Origin: Bdellovibrionales bacterium
GTDB taxonomy: Bacteria > Bdellovibrionota > Bdellovibrionia > Bdellovibrionales > JAGQZY01
DNA: 64,000 nucleotides
NCBI GenBank assembly: GCA_964230645.1
Contig: CAXRHT010000002.1
Span: forward strand, 1,120,001 to 1,184,000
Direction: 5' to 3'
This document shows positions 49,899 through 60,300 of this stretch, one piece after another (position 1 is the stretch's first letter; the number at the start of each line of letters is the position of its first letter). The notes beneath the pieces are model-generated. The model worked only from the letters and a program-made list of their open reading frames with translations, was not told the DNA's origin and made no database searches. A program made the position numbers and the translations under genes.

Positions 49899-51143
49899 TC
49901 AACGAATCATTCCGCGGGTATCAATCAAGCTTTTGCCTTTTACATCTCCGAGACCAAGGTGAGAGAAGGCTTGATGATCAACCAGAAGTGCCACCACATC
50001 ACTTTGCTTGAGAGCTTCGCTTGTTTCAGCAAGTGTTACGTTATCAAACTCTTTTAGCTCTTGTGGTAGCTCATCTACATGGGGTTCAACGGCTAGGACT
50101 TGAACTCCTTCTTTGGCCAAGCTTTTAACTATTTGTACAGCCGGGCTTTCCCTTAGATCGTCAATATTTGGTTTGAACGCTAATCCTAAGCAGGCCACTT
50201 TTGTATTCTTTGTATCCATGGCTTTCATTATCTTTTTAACGACATAGTGAGGTTTACCATCGTTCACTTTTCTAGCGGTGTGAATAAGCTGAGCTTCCTC
50301 CGGTGTCTTGTTAACTATAAACCATGGGTCCACAGAAATGCAGTGGCCACCAACCCCTGGGCCTGGCTGAAGGATATTGACTCGTGGGTGATGGTTGGCA
50401 AGCTTTATAAGCTCCCACACATCGATATCAAGTTTGTCGCAAATTAACGAAAGTTCATTTGCAAAAGCGATACTTACATCTCTTGATGCATTTTCTGTGA
50501 GTTTACACATCTCTGCCGTTCTAGCGTTTGTAGGAATACAGTGGCCCTCGACAAAAGAGCGGTAAAACTCTATGGCCTTTTTTGTACATTCGGGAGTCAC
50601 CCCACCTATAACACGGTCATTTGATTTTAGCTCTTCAATGACTTTTCCTGGAAGTACACGCTCAGGACAATAAGCTAGAGCAACATCGCTCTTGTCATTA
50701 TCACCCATAGGAAATTTTAAATCACTTCTAAGATCTTTTAAAATCTTTGCCATCCATTCCGTTGTCCCGACGGGAGAGGTCGACTCTAAAAGGACGAGAT
50801 TTCCTTTTTCTAAAACAGGGGCAATCTTTTGAAGAGCCGATTCGATATAGGAAAGATCTGGTTCATGATTTTCTTTAAATGGTGTTGGCACGGCGATCAC
50901 AAAAATGTCAGCTTTTTCGGCTTCCAAAGAGGCAATCAACAGCTTTTTATCAACTACAGCTCTGACCATCTCCTCAAGACCTGGTTCGACTACATTTACG
51001 TTTCCATTGTTAACTGAATTTACAATTTTATCTGATACATCAAGGCCCAATACCTTAATACCTTTATGGGCTACTACTGTTGCTGTAGGCAAACCGATGT
51101 AACCCAGCCCTACCACTGCCACTTTTTCAAACGAATAATTCAT
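49899..51143 (-). CDS. wecC: UDP-N-acetyl-D-mannosamine dehydrogenase
   Basis: GLGYIGLPTA, ESTSPVGTT, CPERVLPG, PGPGVGGHCISVDPWF, AFKPNIDDLRESP; start ATG 51143 overlaps the wecB end. Confidence 0.93.
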   Translation of the reverse strand: MNYSFEKVAVVGLGYIGLPTATVVAHKGIKVLGLDVSDKIVNSVNNGNVNVVEPGLEEMVRAVVDKKLLIASLEAEKADIFVIAVPTPFKENHEPDLSYIESALQKIAPVLEKGNLVLLESTSPVGTTEWMAKILKDLRSDLKFPMGDNDKSDVALAYCPERVLPGKVIEELKSNDRVIGGVTPECTKKAIEFYRSFVEGHCIPTNARTAEMCKLTENASRDVSIAFANELSLICDKLDIDVWELIKLANHHPRVNILQPGPGVGGHCISVDPWFIVNKTPEEAQLIHTARKVNDGKPHYVVKKIMKAMDTKNTKVACLGLAFKPNIDDLRESPAVQIVKSLAKEGVQVLAVEPHVDELPQELKEFDNVTLAETSEALKQSDVVALLVDHQAFSHLGLGDVKGKSLIDTRGMIR

Positions 51144-52254
51144 CTTTGACTCTCTTGAGAATGCGATCGGTGGCTTTACCGTCGCCGTAGGGGTTATGGG
51201 ATCGACTGGTTGCAAGATAGGCCTCCTTGTCATCAAGTAGCTTGGTGGTGGACTTAACAATTAAGTCGTAATCCGTTCCAACGAGTTTTACGGTGCCCGC
51301 TTCCACGGCCTCGGGGCGCTCGGTGGTGTTTCTTGTTACTAACACTGGTTTTCCTAATGAGGGGGCTTCTTCCTGAACGCCACCAGAGTCAGTGATAATA
51401 ATATGGGAGTCTTTCATTAAAAATACAAAATCATTGTAATCAAGGGGCGAGATTAGGTGGATATTTTCTTTGTCTCCTAAATACTCTTCCACAGGACCTT
51501 TTACATTGGGATTTAAATGCACTGGATAAACGATTTCTACGTCATCTCTTTCGGCAATTTTCGCTAGAGCACTGCACATATTTTTTAAGCCCTCGCCAAA
51601 GTTTTCTCTTCTGTGCCCTGTGACAAGTAGAAGGTTTTTTTCAGTTTTAGCGAAAGGATAATCTTTGTAAAATCGAGATTTAAAAGCTTCGTCTTTTTCC
51701 AGTTGATCAAGAGTTATGAAAAGTGCGTCGATCACTGTGTTTCCTGTGACTTCGATATCACTATCGGGAACACCCTCTTTTAAAAGATTATTTTTAGATT
51801 TCTCAGTAGGTGCAAAATGAAGTTTTGTAATTAGGCCCGCTACCCTTCTGTTGAACTCTTCAGGCCAAGGAGAATAAAGGTTTCCTGTTCTAAGGCCCGC
51901 TTCTACGTGAGCCACTGGGATTTGTTTAAAGAACGCTGCCATGGAGCCTGCAGCTGTTGTGGCGGTATCCCCATGAACTAGGATCATATCGGGCTTAGCT
52001 TCATCGATAACTTTTGAGAGTCCATCAAGGACTCGGGCGTAAACCTGTGGAAGTTGGGGATGGCCACTCATCACTTCAAGGTTGTAATCCGCTTTGAGAT
52101 CAAAAAAGTCCATAACTTGTGAGAGCATCTCTTGGTGCTGACCAGAAAGACAGGTGATGGCTTCAACATCGGGGTCTTCTTTGAGCCCCTTAACCACGGG
52201 AGCCATTTTGATAGCCTCTGGGCGGGTCCCAAAAACTGTCATGACTTTCTTCAT
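51127..52254 (-). CDS. wecB: UDP-N-acetylglucosamine 2-epimerase (non-hydrolysing)
   Basis: FGTRPEAIKMAP, HGDT, HVEAGLRT, SPWPEE.NR, TGHRREN, TDSGGVQEEAP, TERPEA. Confidence 0.96.
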   Translation of the reverse strand: MKKVMTVFGTRPEAIKMAPVVKGLKEDPDVEAITCLSGQHQEMLSQVMDFFDLKADYNLEVMSGHPQLPQVYARVLDGLSKVIDEAKPDMILVHGDTATTAAGSMAAFFKQIPVAHVEAGLRTGNLYSPWPEEFNRRVAGLITKLHFAPTEKSKNNLLKEGVPDSDIEVTGNTVIDALFITLDQLEKDEAFKSRFYKDYPFAKTEKNLLLVTGHRRENFGEGLKNMCSALAKIAERDDVEIVYPVHLNPNVKGPVEEYLGDKENIHLISPLDYNDFVFLMKDSHIIITDSGGVQEEAPSLGKPVLVTRNTTERPEAVEAGTVKLVGTDYDLIVKSTTKLLDDKEAYLATSRSHNPYGDGKATDRILKRVKDELFV

Positions 52255-52370
52255 CCATTTTCTCCTGTTGAAACCTTTGAAAATTAATTTAAATAGGGGG
52301 CAGATTCAATCAATTCACCCTTGATGCGGCGCCATCAAGTAAGACATGAGCACCAGTTTTCTAGCCCCTT

Positions 52371-53651
52371 TTAAGACCTTACGTCCTGAGGCTTGGTGCT
52401 CGAGGATTTTTCCACCCGTTGGTCGTTTAAATAGGCTGTGGCGACCTCGATAATGGCCTCAGCCTGGCGTTTTCTGGAATAATGATGGGATGCTTCTGTT
52501 GAATGGAGCTTCATTTGCTCTAAGGTCTCTTTTTGACTGGCGAGATCAGTGATTGTTTTCGCTAAAGACTCCGGATGACCGCTGTCGATTCTCTTTCCTG
52601 CCTTTTCTTTTAGCACTATTTGGCTGCCATCACTCTCAGGGCCACAGTAAAGGATGGGTTTCCCAACCCCCATGGCCTCAAAGATTTTTGAAGGAATCAC
52701 CGTTTTAAAGGTTTCATTGTTGCTTAAATGCACCAGTGCTAGATCACAGATCGACCAGTATCTGGGGATTTCCTCTTTGGGCTGCCTTTGAATGATCGAG
52801 ACATTAAAAAGATTCTCGCTCCAGGCAAACTCCCTTAGAGCCTCTTTTTCGGCTCCCCCACCCACTAAAAGAAAGTGGATGTCTTCTCTTCTTTGATCTT
52901 TAAGGATTTTGGCGGCCTCTAGGACATTTTCAAGGTTATGGGCCATGCCGAGAGTTCCTATGTACCCAACAACAAATTTATCTTGGATTTGCAGCTCTTT
53001 TTCTAAAGACTCATCTTTATGGGCCTGGGTTTTAAAAAAGTCGCGATTTACCCCATTTATGACCGTTGAGATTTTGGTCTCCTCTATACCTCGCTTTACC
53101 ATGCTGGCCTTAATGGATGAGGTCAGAGCGATGATGAAATCACTTTTTCTGTAAAGAAAAAGCTCTACTCTTTCCATAAGATCTAAGAAAAGACTCCCCT
53201 TCACAGCACCAACGGCTCGCACAGACTCTGGCCAAAGATCGGCGATCTCAAGCCCGTAAGGCACTCTTTTAATAAGTGAGACCATGTAACCACTAACCGC
53301 TGTGAAAAACTGGGGAGAGGAGGCCATGACGAGATCAGGCTTTTTTTCAAAGCATGAGAAGAAAAAAGACATGACCATGAAAGAGAGAAAATCGATAAGG
53401 CGTTTGGCCACTCCTTGATTCGGAGCCATGTATGTTTTTACTCTTACAACCCTTATACCCTGAACCTCTTCAATACTTCGCCATTTGTTTTCATAGCCCT
53501 CATAGGGAAGTCCTTCAGGAAAATTCGGACAACTTGTAACAACTGTGATCTCATGGCCCTCTTTTACCCAGTGAAGCGCTCGTTCATAAACTCTTGAGGC
53601 GGCGGCATTTGTTTCTGGGTAAAAGTTATCAGAGAGGAAAAGGATTTTCAT
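52371..53651 (-). CDS. GT4 glycosyltransferase, WbuB-like
   Basis: NFYPE, PNFPEG, SSPQFF, DLWPES, YIGTLGMAH, IPSKIFEAM. Confidence 0.92.
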   Translation of the reverse strand: MKILFLSDNFYPETNAAASRVYERALHWVKEGHEITVVTSCPNFPEGLPYEGYENKWRSIEEVQGIRVVRVKTYMAPNQGVAKRLIDFLSFMVMSFFFSCFEKKPDLVMASSPQFFTAVSGYMVSLIKRVPYGLEIADLWPESVRAVGAVKGSLFLDLMERVELFLYRKSDFIIALTSSIKASMVKRGIEETKISTVINGVNRDFFKTQAHKDESLEKELQIQDKFVVGYIGTLGMAHNLENVLEAAKILKDQRREDIHFLLVGGGAEKEALREFAWSENLFNVSIIQRQPKEEIPRYWSICDLALVHLSNNETFKTVIPSKIFEAMGVGKPILYCGPESDGSQIVLKEKAGKRIDSGHPESLAKTITDLASQKETLEQMKLHSTEASHHYSRKRQAEAIIEVATAYLNDQRVEKSSSTKPQDVRS

Positions 53652-55765
53652 TGGCGAAGACTCTCAGCCGCTTGGATCGTGATCCTTGCTACTTCTAAAA
53701 TTTCGTCTTGAGAAATTAAAGGCTCACTTGTTTTTACCGACTTCATAAATTCTTTAATGCAGTTTTTTTGTCCCTTATCTTGCGACCATAACTTTTTGGA
53801 ACTTAAACCGCGCCACCCCATAGACTCAAGACTTCGGAAGTTATCAATTTGAAAACTCATATTGTCGCTATGAACTTGGATAAACTCTTTAGGGACTTCT
53901 TTATTCCCGTTAGAGATATAAAGAATGTTGGCTAGTGAGCCGTCTTTAAAAGTTAGGTTGACGCTGAACTGGTCTTCTTTATTGAAGTCGGCATTATCGG
54001 GAGTGGTGGAACTTACCGAGAAACTCTCAATTTTCTCACCCACTAAATATCTTGCTAAATCGATAAAGTGACATCCTTCACCCACAAGGCGCCTGCCACC
54101 GACCTCAAGGTCTTGGGTCCAATGATCGGCTGGAATCTTTCCAGCGTTCACTCTAATTTGAACCACTTTTTGGGATTTGGCGTTTTTCAGTGCTTTTTTT
54201 GCTTCTTTCACTAATGGAGAAAATCTTCGGTTAAATCCCACCATCAAATGCGACTGACAGGACTCTTTTAAAAGCTCTGTCTCTATAGCGTCGACTTCTG
54301 TAAGAGTGAGAGCTAAAGGTTTTTCTACAAATACATGTTTATTAGCCTTTAAAGCCTTTAAGACTTGCTCGCCGTGATCCTTATGACGGGTTCCGATCAC
54401 GACAATGTCGCTTTCGTCTTTATAAAGCTCGGTAATATCTGACACTAAATTTTTGAAACCAAACTTTTCACCATTCACGTGACTGCTTACACCATGGCCT
54501 GTGATGACTGATTCAAAGGCAGCACCCGCCTCTTTAAAAGCTGGCATTAAAAATCTTGAGGCGTAATTGCCAGCACCGATAAAACTCACCTTGGCCTTCC
54601 CTGAGGATACAGCTTTTGTGGATCTTTGGATTTTTTTGGCTTTTGCGGCTTTCTCACTATTTGGATACTCAATGAGGACACCGAGCACAGGCTCTGAGTT
54701 TTCACTAATAAGACCGTAGGCTTTCTGGGCTTCTTCGATCACATATCTATGAGAGATGAGTGGACTCACATCAAGACTTTTTGATGCCATAAGATCGAGG
54801 ACCGCCTCAAAGTTTCTCTGCTCAGTCCACCGCACATAGGGAAGTGGGTAATCAAAACCTTTTTCCTCATAGGTTGAGTCATAGCGGCCAGGGCCATAAG
54901 AGCAAGAAACCTGAAAGCTTAATTCTTTTTTAAAAAAGATCGTTCTTGATAACTCCATCCCTGTGACACCCACAAGAACGATGCGACCTTTTTTCCGGCA
55001 CATCTCGGCGGCTTGAATAATAGGCTCACTGCTACTTGTAGAGGCTGTGATGATTACTCCATCCACACCATTTCCTTTTGAGAATTGCTCACTCACTGAA
55101 ATGGGATCAGAATTTTTGGGATTAATGGCTTTTATTCCCATTTTCTTAGCCATATCCACTTTGGATTGGTCAAAGTCTAAGCCCAGAACCTGGCAGCCGT
55201 TAGCTTTTAAAAGTTGGGCTGTGATAAGACCAATAAGACCAAGGCCTGTCACCACAAACCTTTCACCCATGGTTGGGTTAATCAGTCTTACACCTTGAAG
55301 ACCAATAGCTGAAACAACTGTGAATGAAGCACTGGCATCATCAACTTCCTCAGGAATTTTGGCACACAAGTTTTTCGGAACAGAGACAACCTCGGCATGA
55401 TGCCCATTTGAAACCACACGGTCTCCCACCGAAAATTCCGTGACTCCTTCGCCCACCTCCAAAACTTTCCCTACATTACTATAGCCAAGGGGAAGGGGCT
55501 GGTTGAGTTTACTTGTTACCGCTTCGATGGTTGGAAGAAGTCCGTCGGTCTTTACTTTATTTAAAACCATTTTGACTTTGTCGGGCTGCTGTCGGGCTTT
55601 ATTAAGGTAATTGGCCTTACCGAAATCAAGCATCATCTTTTCTGTTCCCTTTGAAATCAGGGAGCATTCTGAGGCTATGAGGACGTGGCCTGCTAAAACT
55701 TGAGGGACCGGGACATTGGCAATCTCGATCTGACCTTTTTTTAAATCTTGGAGCACTTGCAACAT
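53648..55765 (-). CDS. Bi-domain oxidoreductase (zinc-type ADH-like plus Gfo/Idh/MocA)
   Basis: SLISKGTE, PLGYS, GLGLIG, SYGPGRYD..YEEKG.DYP..YVRWTEQRN; second domain IGAGNYA, VFVEKP, GFNRRFSP, GEGCHFID. Confidence 0.9.
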   Translation of the reverse strand: MLQVLQDLKKGQIEIANVPVPQVLAGHVLIASECSLISKGTEKMMLDFGKANYLNKARQQPDKVKMVLNKVKTDGLLPTIEAVTSKLNQPLPLGYSNVGKVLEVGEGVTEFSVGDRVVSNGHHAEVVSVPKNLCAKIPEEVDDASASFTVVSAIGLQGVRLINPTMGERFVVTGLGLIGLITAQLLKANGCQVLGLDFDQSKVDMAKKMGIKAINPKNSDPISVSEQFSKGNGVDGVIITASTSSSEPIIQAAEMCRKKGRIVLVGVTGMELSRTIFFKKELSFQVSCSYGPGRYDSTYEEKGFDYPLPYVRWTEQRNFEAVLDLMASKSLDVSPLISHRYVIEEAQKAYGLISENSEPVLGVLIEYPNSEKAAKAKKIQRSTKAVSSGKAKVSFIGAGNYASRFLMPAFKEAGAAFESVITGHGVSSHVNGEKFGFKNLVSDITELYKDESDIVVIGTRHKDHGEQVLKALKANKHVFVEKPLALTLTEVDAIETELLKESCQSHLMVGFNRRFSPLVKEAKKALKNAKSQKVVQIRVNAGKIPADHWTQDLEVGGRRLVGEGCHFIDLARYLVGEKIESFSVSSTTPDNADFNKEDQFSVNLTFKDGSLANILYISNGNKEVPKEFIQVHSDNMSFQIDNFRSLESMGWRGLSSKKLWSQDKGQKNCIKEFMKSVKTSEPLISQDEILEVARITIQAAESLRQ

Positions 55766-55835
55766 GGGTCTCTCGTTGGTTGAATAACAGCTATTAGGTA
55801 TATAAGATTCCTAAGCTTTTCACAGGAGTTTTGTT

Positions 55836-57860
55836 TTGCGTCAACTGAGTGAGTACATCTCAAGAGCCAAGCATTTGTCACCAGGCACGGTTTTGCTTGT
55901 GGCCCTGCAAATTGGCTCTAGAAAGCTTAGAAATAAGCTCGCAAAGATCCTTTATTCGTTGAGATCAAGCTATGGGTCCTATCGCTTCGAGTGGCTTGAA
56001 CCCATCTTCAAAAACCCAGACCCAAAATACATTAACAATTCCTGGCCGATTTGGGAAAAAGCACTGGATCGCACCTTAAAGCACCGCTTTGATCTACTAG
56101 GGTCAGGCTGGGTCAAGGTAGCCCATCAGGAGAGCTATTCTAAGGTGGCCGGGCGCTCTTACAGTCCAAAAAGGAAATTAAGTCGCAAAGAGATCTTGAG
56201 AGCTAAAGAGATCAATGCCATCAATAGAAAAAAGAGTCGTAAAATTTTAAAGCTTATCTCAGAGGATTATGAGTTTATTGACTGGCATGTAGACTTTAAA
56301 TCAGGCTACCGCTGGAATCCCGCCACTTGGGGGGCCGATATTCAATATGGCCACAAAAAAGGGGTGGATATAAAAGTGCCTTGGGAGCTTTCGAGAATGC
56401 AGCACCTGTCTTGGCTGGCTTACGGATATCTATCCACGGGGGAGGATAAGTATGCCCTTGAGATGAAAAATCAGGTTCTTGATTTTATTGCCAATAACCC
56501 TCCCCTCTTCGGTGTCAATTGGCACTCTCCCATGGATGCGGCTATAAGGGCTGCCAATTGGATTGTGGCTTTTGATCTCTTTCGAAGTCAGGGCTACGAG
56601 TTTGATAAAGACTTTCAGAAAATTCTTGGTCACTCTTTAATCGATCATGCTCTTTTTATTGAAAATAATTTTGATAAGCGGGCTGACTTCAGAGGCAATC
56701 ACTACCTCTCCGATCTTGCAGGCCTTAACCTAGTCGCGCAAAGTCTAAAAAGCCGCCCGCGCTCAAAAAGATGGAAGAACATCTGCTATCAAGGAGTGCT
56801 CGAGGAGATTAAGCACCAGTTCTTCTCTGATGGAACCAACTTCGAAGGCTCCACACTTTACCATAGACTTTCAACAGAGGTGTTTTACTATTACATCCTT
56901 CCTATTGTTGTCCGAGAGAAAAGCTGGAAGATTTTAAAAACCAACCCCGATATTCTTGAGAAAATGATGGGTGCTAATCTTTTCGCTCAAAGAACCATTA
57001 AACCTGATGGCAGTGCAGTTCAAATTGGTGATGGCGATAATGGAAGATTCTTTAAACTCAATCCCTCGTGGTTTGATGCGTCTCTTTTTGAAAATCACCT
57101 TAACTTCCAACATCTTGATTTCTTTATTAGAGGATTTCTTAAGGGTGAGGAAAAAGATTTAGAATCCTCCGTAATTAAAAACACGTTGGGGGACCTATTT
57201 AACCCTGATCACTTTGACCTTAAAAGTATTGAAAAAAATCTAATCTTTTCTTCTAAGCAAGGTATTCAGAAAAAAGAGGAGCCCTTGAAATCCCTTTCCC
57301 CTCGCCAGGAACAAATTTACTCCTATAAAATTCCGGATGGTTGTTTGAGTGGACTCTCTAGTCACTACTTCTCTGATTTTGGCCTGGCTGTCTTCAGAGG
57401 AGAGTCCTTTTTTCTCTCTTTTAGATGTGGTCCCATTGGACAGTACGGGCGAGGAGGACACGACCATAACGACCAACTCTCAGTTGAGCTTTGGATCAAC
57501 GGAGAGTACTTAATCCAAGACCCTGGCACTTTTCTCTACACTCCTTGGCCAGAAAAAAGAAAACAGTACCGCTCCAATCACTTTCATTTTCTGCCCCAAC
57601 CTGAGGGAGAGGAAATGGCCGACATTGATTCGGCTCTCTTTTTTCTTGGAGGGGCTAAGCCTTCAGAGATGTTAAGTTTTAACACACGCTCCTGCATTGG
57701 ATACTTCGACGGTTTTGGATTTCCGATCACTCGTGAGATAGTGATCAACGAACACGAAGTTGTTATTAAAGATCAAGCGGACTCTGAAAAGCCTCTATGG
57801 AATCTCAAAAACTTTCAACCACTGACCTATTCTAGAGGTTACGGCTATCCCCGCTTTTAG
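55836..57860 (+). CDS. Heparinase II/III family (alginate-lyase-like) protein
   Basis: DIKVPWELSRMQH, NP…GVNW, NHYLSDLAGL, DG.NFEGST.YHR, IGDGDNGR, GHDHNDQLS, DPGTFLYT. Confidence 0.88.
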   Translation: MRQLSEYISRAKHLSPGTVLLVALQIGSRKLRNKLAKILYSLRSSYGSYRFEWLEPIFKNPDPKYINNSWPIWEKALDRTLKHRFDLLGSGWVKVAHQESYSKVAGRSYSPKRKLSRKEILRAKEINAINRKKSRKILKLISEDYEFIDWHVDFKSGYRWNPATWGADIQYGHKKGVDIKVPWELSRMQHLSWLAYGYLSTGEDKYALEMKNQVLDFIANNPPLFGVNWHSPMDAAIRAANWIVAFDLFRSQGYEFDKDFQKILGHSLIDHALFIENNFDKRADFRGNHYLSDLAGLNLVAQSLKSRPRSKRWKNICYQGVLEEIKHQFFSDGTNFEGSTLYHRLSTEVFYYYILPIVVREKSWKILKTNPDILEKMMGANLFAQRTIKPDGSAVQIGDGDNGRFFKLNPSWFDASLFENHLNFQHLDFFIRGFLKGEEKDLESSVIKNTLGDLFNPDHFDLKSIEKNLIFSSKQGIQKKEEPLKSLSPRQEQIYSYKIPDGCLSGLSSHYFSDFGLAVFRGESFFLSFRCGPIGQYGRGGHDHNDQLSVELWINGEYLIQDPGTFLYTPWPEKRKQYRSNHFHFLPQPEGEEMADIDSALFFLGGAKPSEMLSFNTRSCIGYFDGFGFPITREIVINEHEVVIKDQADSEKPLWNLKNFQPLTYSRGYGYPRF

Positions 57861-57861
57861 A

Positions 57862-58908
57862 TTATAACTTGTGGTAGATATCTGTGACCGCGCGAGCGGT
57901 TTTGAGCCAGGTTTGGCCATCAAACATTTCTTTCCCAGCGGCTGAGAGTTTTTCGCGGTAAACTTTGTCCGCATAAAGGCGCTCCATAGCGGCCATGATT
58001 TGTTCAGCATCCTTGGGGTTCACAGCGTGATAAGCCTCCCCACCCACTTCTTTCATTGAGCCAAGAGCTGAGCTCACAACGGGACAGCCTAACTTCATGG
58101 CTTCAACCATCGAGTAAGGATAGCCTTCGTAAAAACTGGGGATGATCGTCCCAAGGGCTCCGGCGTAGAGCTTTTTTAATTGCGAATCGTTTTGAAAACC
58201 TAGAAATTTCATATTGTCGCGAAATTTTGAAGTCTTTGCCATTTTGTGAATGGCCTCTGCGGCATAGCCATCAGGGCCAGCGACTACAAGTAGGAATTCG
58301 TTTTTAATACTGCAAAGAGCATCAAAAGCTTTAATCACTCCAGCGATGTTACTTTTTTTATCAACGATTCCTGTAAAAAGAAAATAGGGCTTTTCGTAAG
58401 GTTTAGAGTCAGCCATCGAGGTGTTTTCAAAAAGGTGATCTGTTCCCGGAGGGATCACATGCACTCGGCTCACATACTTTGGAAAGCGCACAAGAAACTC
58501 ATTATGAATTTCATAAGTGGGCACAAGGACTGCGCCCACATCGTTTTGCATTTGTTGTTTGAGGTGCGTTTGTAAATTTTCGTCCACTCCCGGGCGATGG
58601 AAGCCATCGCGAAACATGGAGAGGTCATTGACACTAATTATTTTTTTAAATTTATCACTCTCTGAGAGAAGACTTCCACTGGGGCCATGGATGATGGAGC
58701 CTTTAGAGGCAAAAAGACCTCTGAATTTACTAGGATCATGACCTAAATGATATTCCATATAGTTGTCTTTTAGGCGGCCAGAGACTTTATAAACCGGAGA
58801 GAGATCAACCCCGAGGCCTCGTAGAGACCTGAAGAGATTTTTGGTATAAATTCCGTCTCCCCCGAGCGCAAGGCCTGTGAGAGCACTAACATCGTAATAT
58901 ACTTTCAA
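57862..58908 (-). CDS. GT4 glycosyltransferase (mannosyltransferase-like)
   Basis: G.GIY, YFLFTG…KSN, PSFYEGY…EAM.LGCPVV; directly downstream of manC. Confidence 0.85.
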   Translation of the reverse strand: MKVYYDVSALTGLALGGDGIYTKNLFRSLRGLGVDLSPVYKVSGRLKDNYMEYHLGHDPSKFRGLFASKGSIIHGPSGSLLSESDKFKKIISVNDLSMFRDGFHRPGVDENLQTHLKQQMQNDVGAVLVPTYEIHNEFLVRFPKYVSRVHVIPPGTDHLFENTSMADSKPYEKPYFLFTGIVDKKSNIAGVIKAFDALCSIKNEFLLVVAGPDGYAAEAIHKMAKTSKFRDNMKFLGFQNDSQLKKLYAGALGTIIPSFYEGYPYSMVEAMKLGCPVVSSALGSMKEVGGEAYHAVNPKDAEQIMAAMERLYADKVYREKLSAAGKEMFDGQTWLKTARAVTDIYHKL

Positions 58909-58911
58909 AAA

Positions 58912-60300
58912 TTAAATCCTTTTGTAATCATCTTCGTAACGAACAATATCATCTTCACCGAAGTACTCTCCGGTCTGCACTTCCACAAAGACTAATTTTT
59001 TAGAGCCTAAATTTCTAATCCTATGTTTTGTTCCAGCAGGTATCTGGATGACACTTCCTTTTTGAATGTCTTGAGTTTCATCGTTTAATACAACCTGCCC
59101 TTTTCCTTTTACGATCACCCAAACCTCAGACCTTTTTTCATGACTCTGATAAGAGAGCTGTTGCGAGGGATCAAGTTCAATGACTTTAGTTTTAAAGTCG
59201 TCTTCCTCATAGAGGTTTTCGTATTTACCCCAAGGCCTATGTTCGTAGGCGGCCTCTTTTACAATCTCGGGGCTTTCTTTTTTGACCTCGTCATAGAGAT
59301 TTTTAACGTCTTGAGTGGTCTCTTTCCTTGTCACTAAAAGAGCGTCAGGGGTGTCGACCACGATCAAATCTTCTACGTTTGAAAAAGCTAAAGTTTTCTT
59401 GTCACTTTTGAAGCCAAAACAATTTTTTGAATTATGACTAAAGGTGGACGGGTCTTCTTTAGGGAATTTATCAGAAAAAATCTGGGCCACATCATCCCAG
59501 GAGCCAAGATCATTCCAGCCCAAATCACAGGGGATATTCACCTGCTCTTTCACCTTTTCCATAACACCGTAATCAATGCTCTCAGAGGGGAGACTGGGGA
59601 AGACTTCTTCAAGATTACTTAAATCAGGCTTAATTTTTGAAATCCCATCCCAGAGCTCTGGCATATGTTTCTCAAAGGCATTGATCATGGTTTCAATTTT
59701 GAAAATGAACATACCCGAGTTCCAAAAGAAACTTCCCTTTTCAATAAAATCTTTGGCCGTTTTCTCATCGGGCTTTTCTCGAAATCCTTTGACCGGGAAA
59801 ACCTCGTGATTGTCTTGTTTTAGGTAGGCTTTATTTTCACACTCGATATAACCAAACCCTGTGGCCGGATAAGTGGGCTTTAGACCAAGAGTCACAATTT
59901 TGTTATCTTTTGCGCACTCAGAAGCGAGTTTTACCACCGACTGGAATTCTTCCTCGTTTCCGATCCAGTGATCCGAAGGGAAGACTCCCATAATCTCATC
60001 ACTGTTTCCTTGATTGTTATGCCACCAACAGACAAGAGCAATAGCGGGGGCAGTGTTGCGACCCTGGGGCTCAAAAAAGCATTGCGAGATTTTAAGATCC
60101 TTTTCTCTGATAAAACGTTCAGTGATTCCTCTGAGTTTTTCTCCGGTGCAAACTTGCACGTCTCCAATAGGCTCAAGCCTTTTTGCAGTCATCTCGAAAA
60201 GACTTTGCTCGAAAAAATCGGAGAAAGGCTTTGGCACTGTTTCCCTTGAAACGGGCCAGAGTCTTGAACCCACTCCTCCGGAGAGGATCAAAGAAATCAC
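58912..60300 (-). CDS. manC: Mannose-1-phosphate guanylyltransferase / mannose-6-phosphate isomerase
   Basis: ILSGGVGSRLWPVSR..PKPF, EP.GRNTAPA, PSDH, F.EKP, WNSGMF, SIDYGVME, W.DLGSW; C-terminal cupin RPWG, LSYQSH..RSE.W, EDDIVR..DDY. Confidence 0.95.
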   Translation of the reverse strand: MISLILSGGVGSRLWPVSRETVPKPFSDFFEQSLFEMTAKRLEPIGDVQVCTGEKLRGITERFIREKDLKISQCFFEPQGRNTAPAIALVCWWHNNQGNSDEIMGVFPSDHWIGNEEEFQSVVKLASECAKDNKIVTLGLKPTYPATGFGYIECENKAYLKQDNHEVFPVKGFREKPDEKTAKDFIEKGSFFWNSGMFIFKIETMINAFEKHMPELWDGISKIKPDLSNLEEVFPSLPSESIDYGVMEKVKEQVNIPCDLGWNDLGSWDDVAQIFSDKFPKEDPSTFSHNSKNCFGFKSDKKTLAFSNVEDLIVVDTPDALLVTRKETTQDVKNLYDEVKKESPEIVKEAAYEHRPWGKYENLYEEDDFKTKVIELDPSQQLSYQSHEKRSEVWVIVKGKGQVVLNDETQDIQKGSVIQIPAGTKHRIRNLGSKKLVFVEVQTGEYFGEDDIVRYEDDYKRI

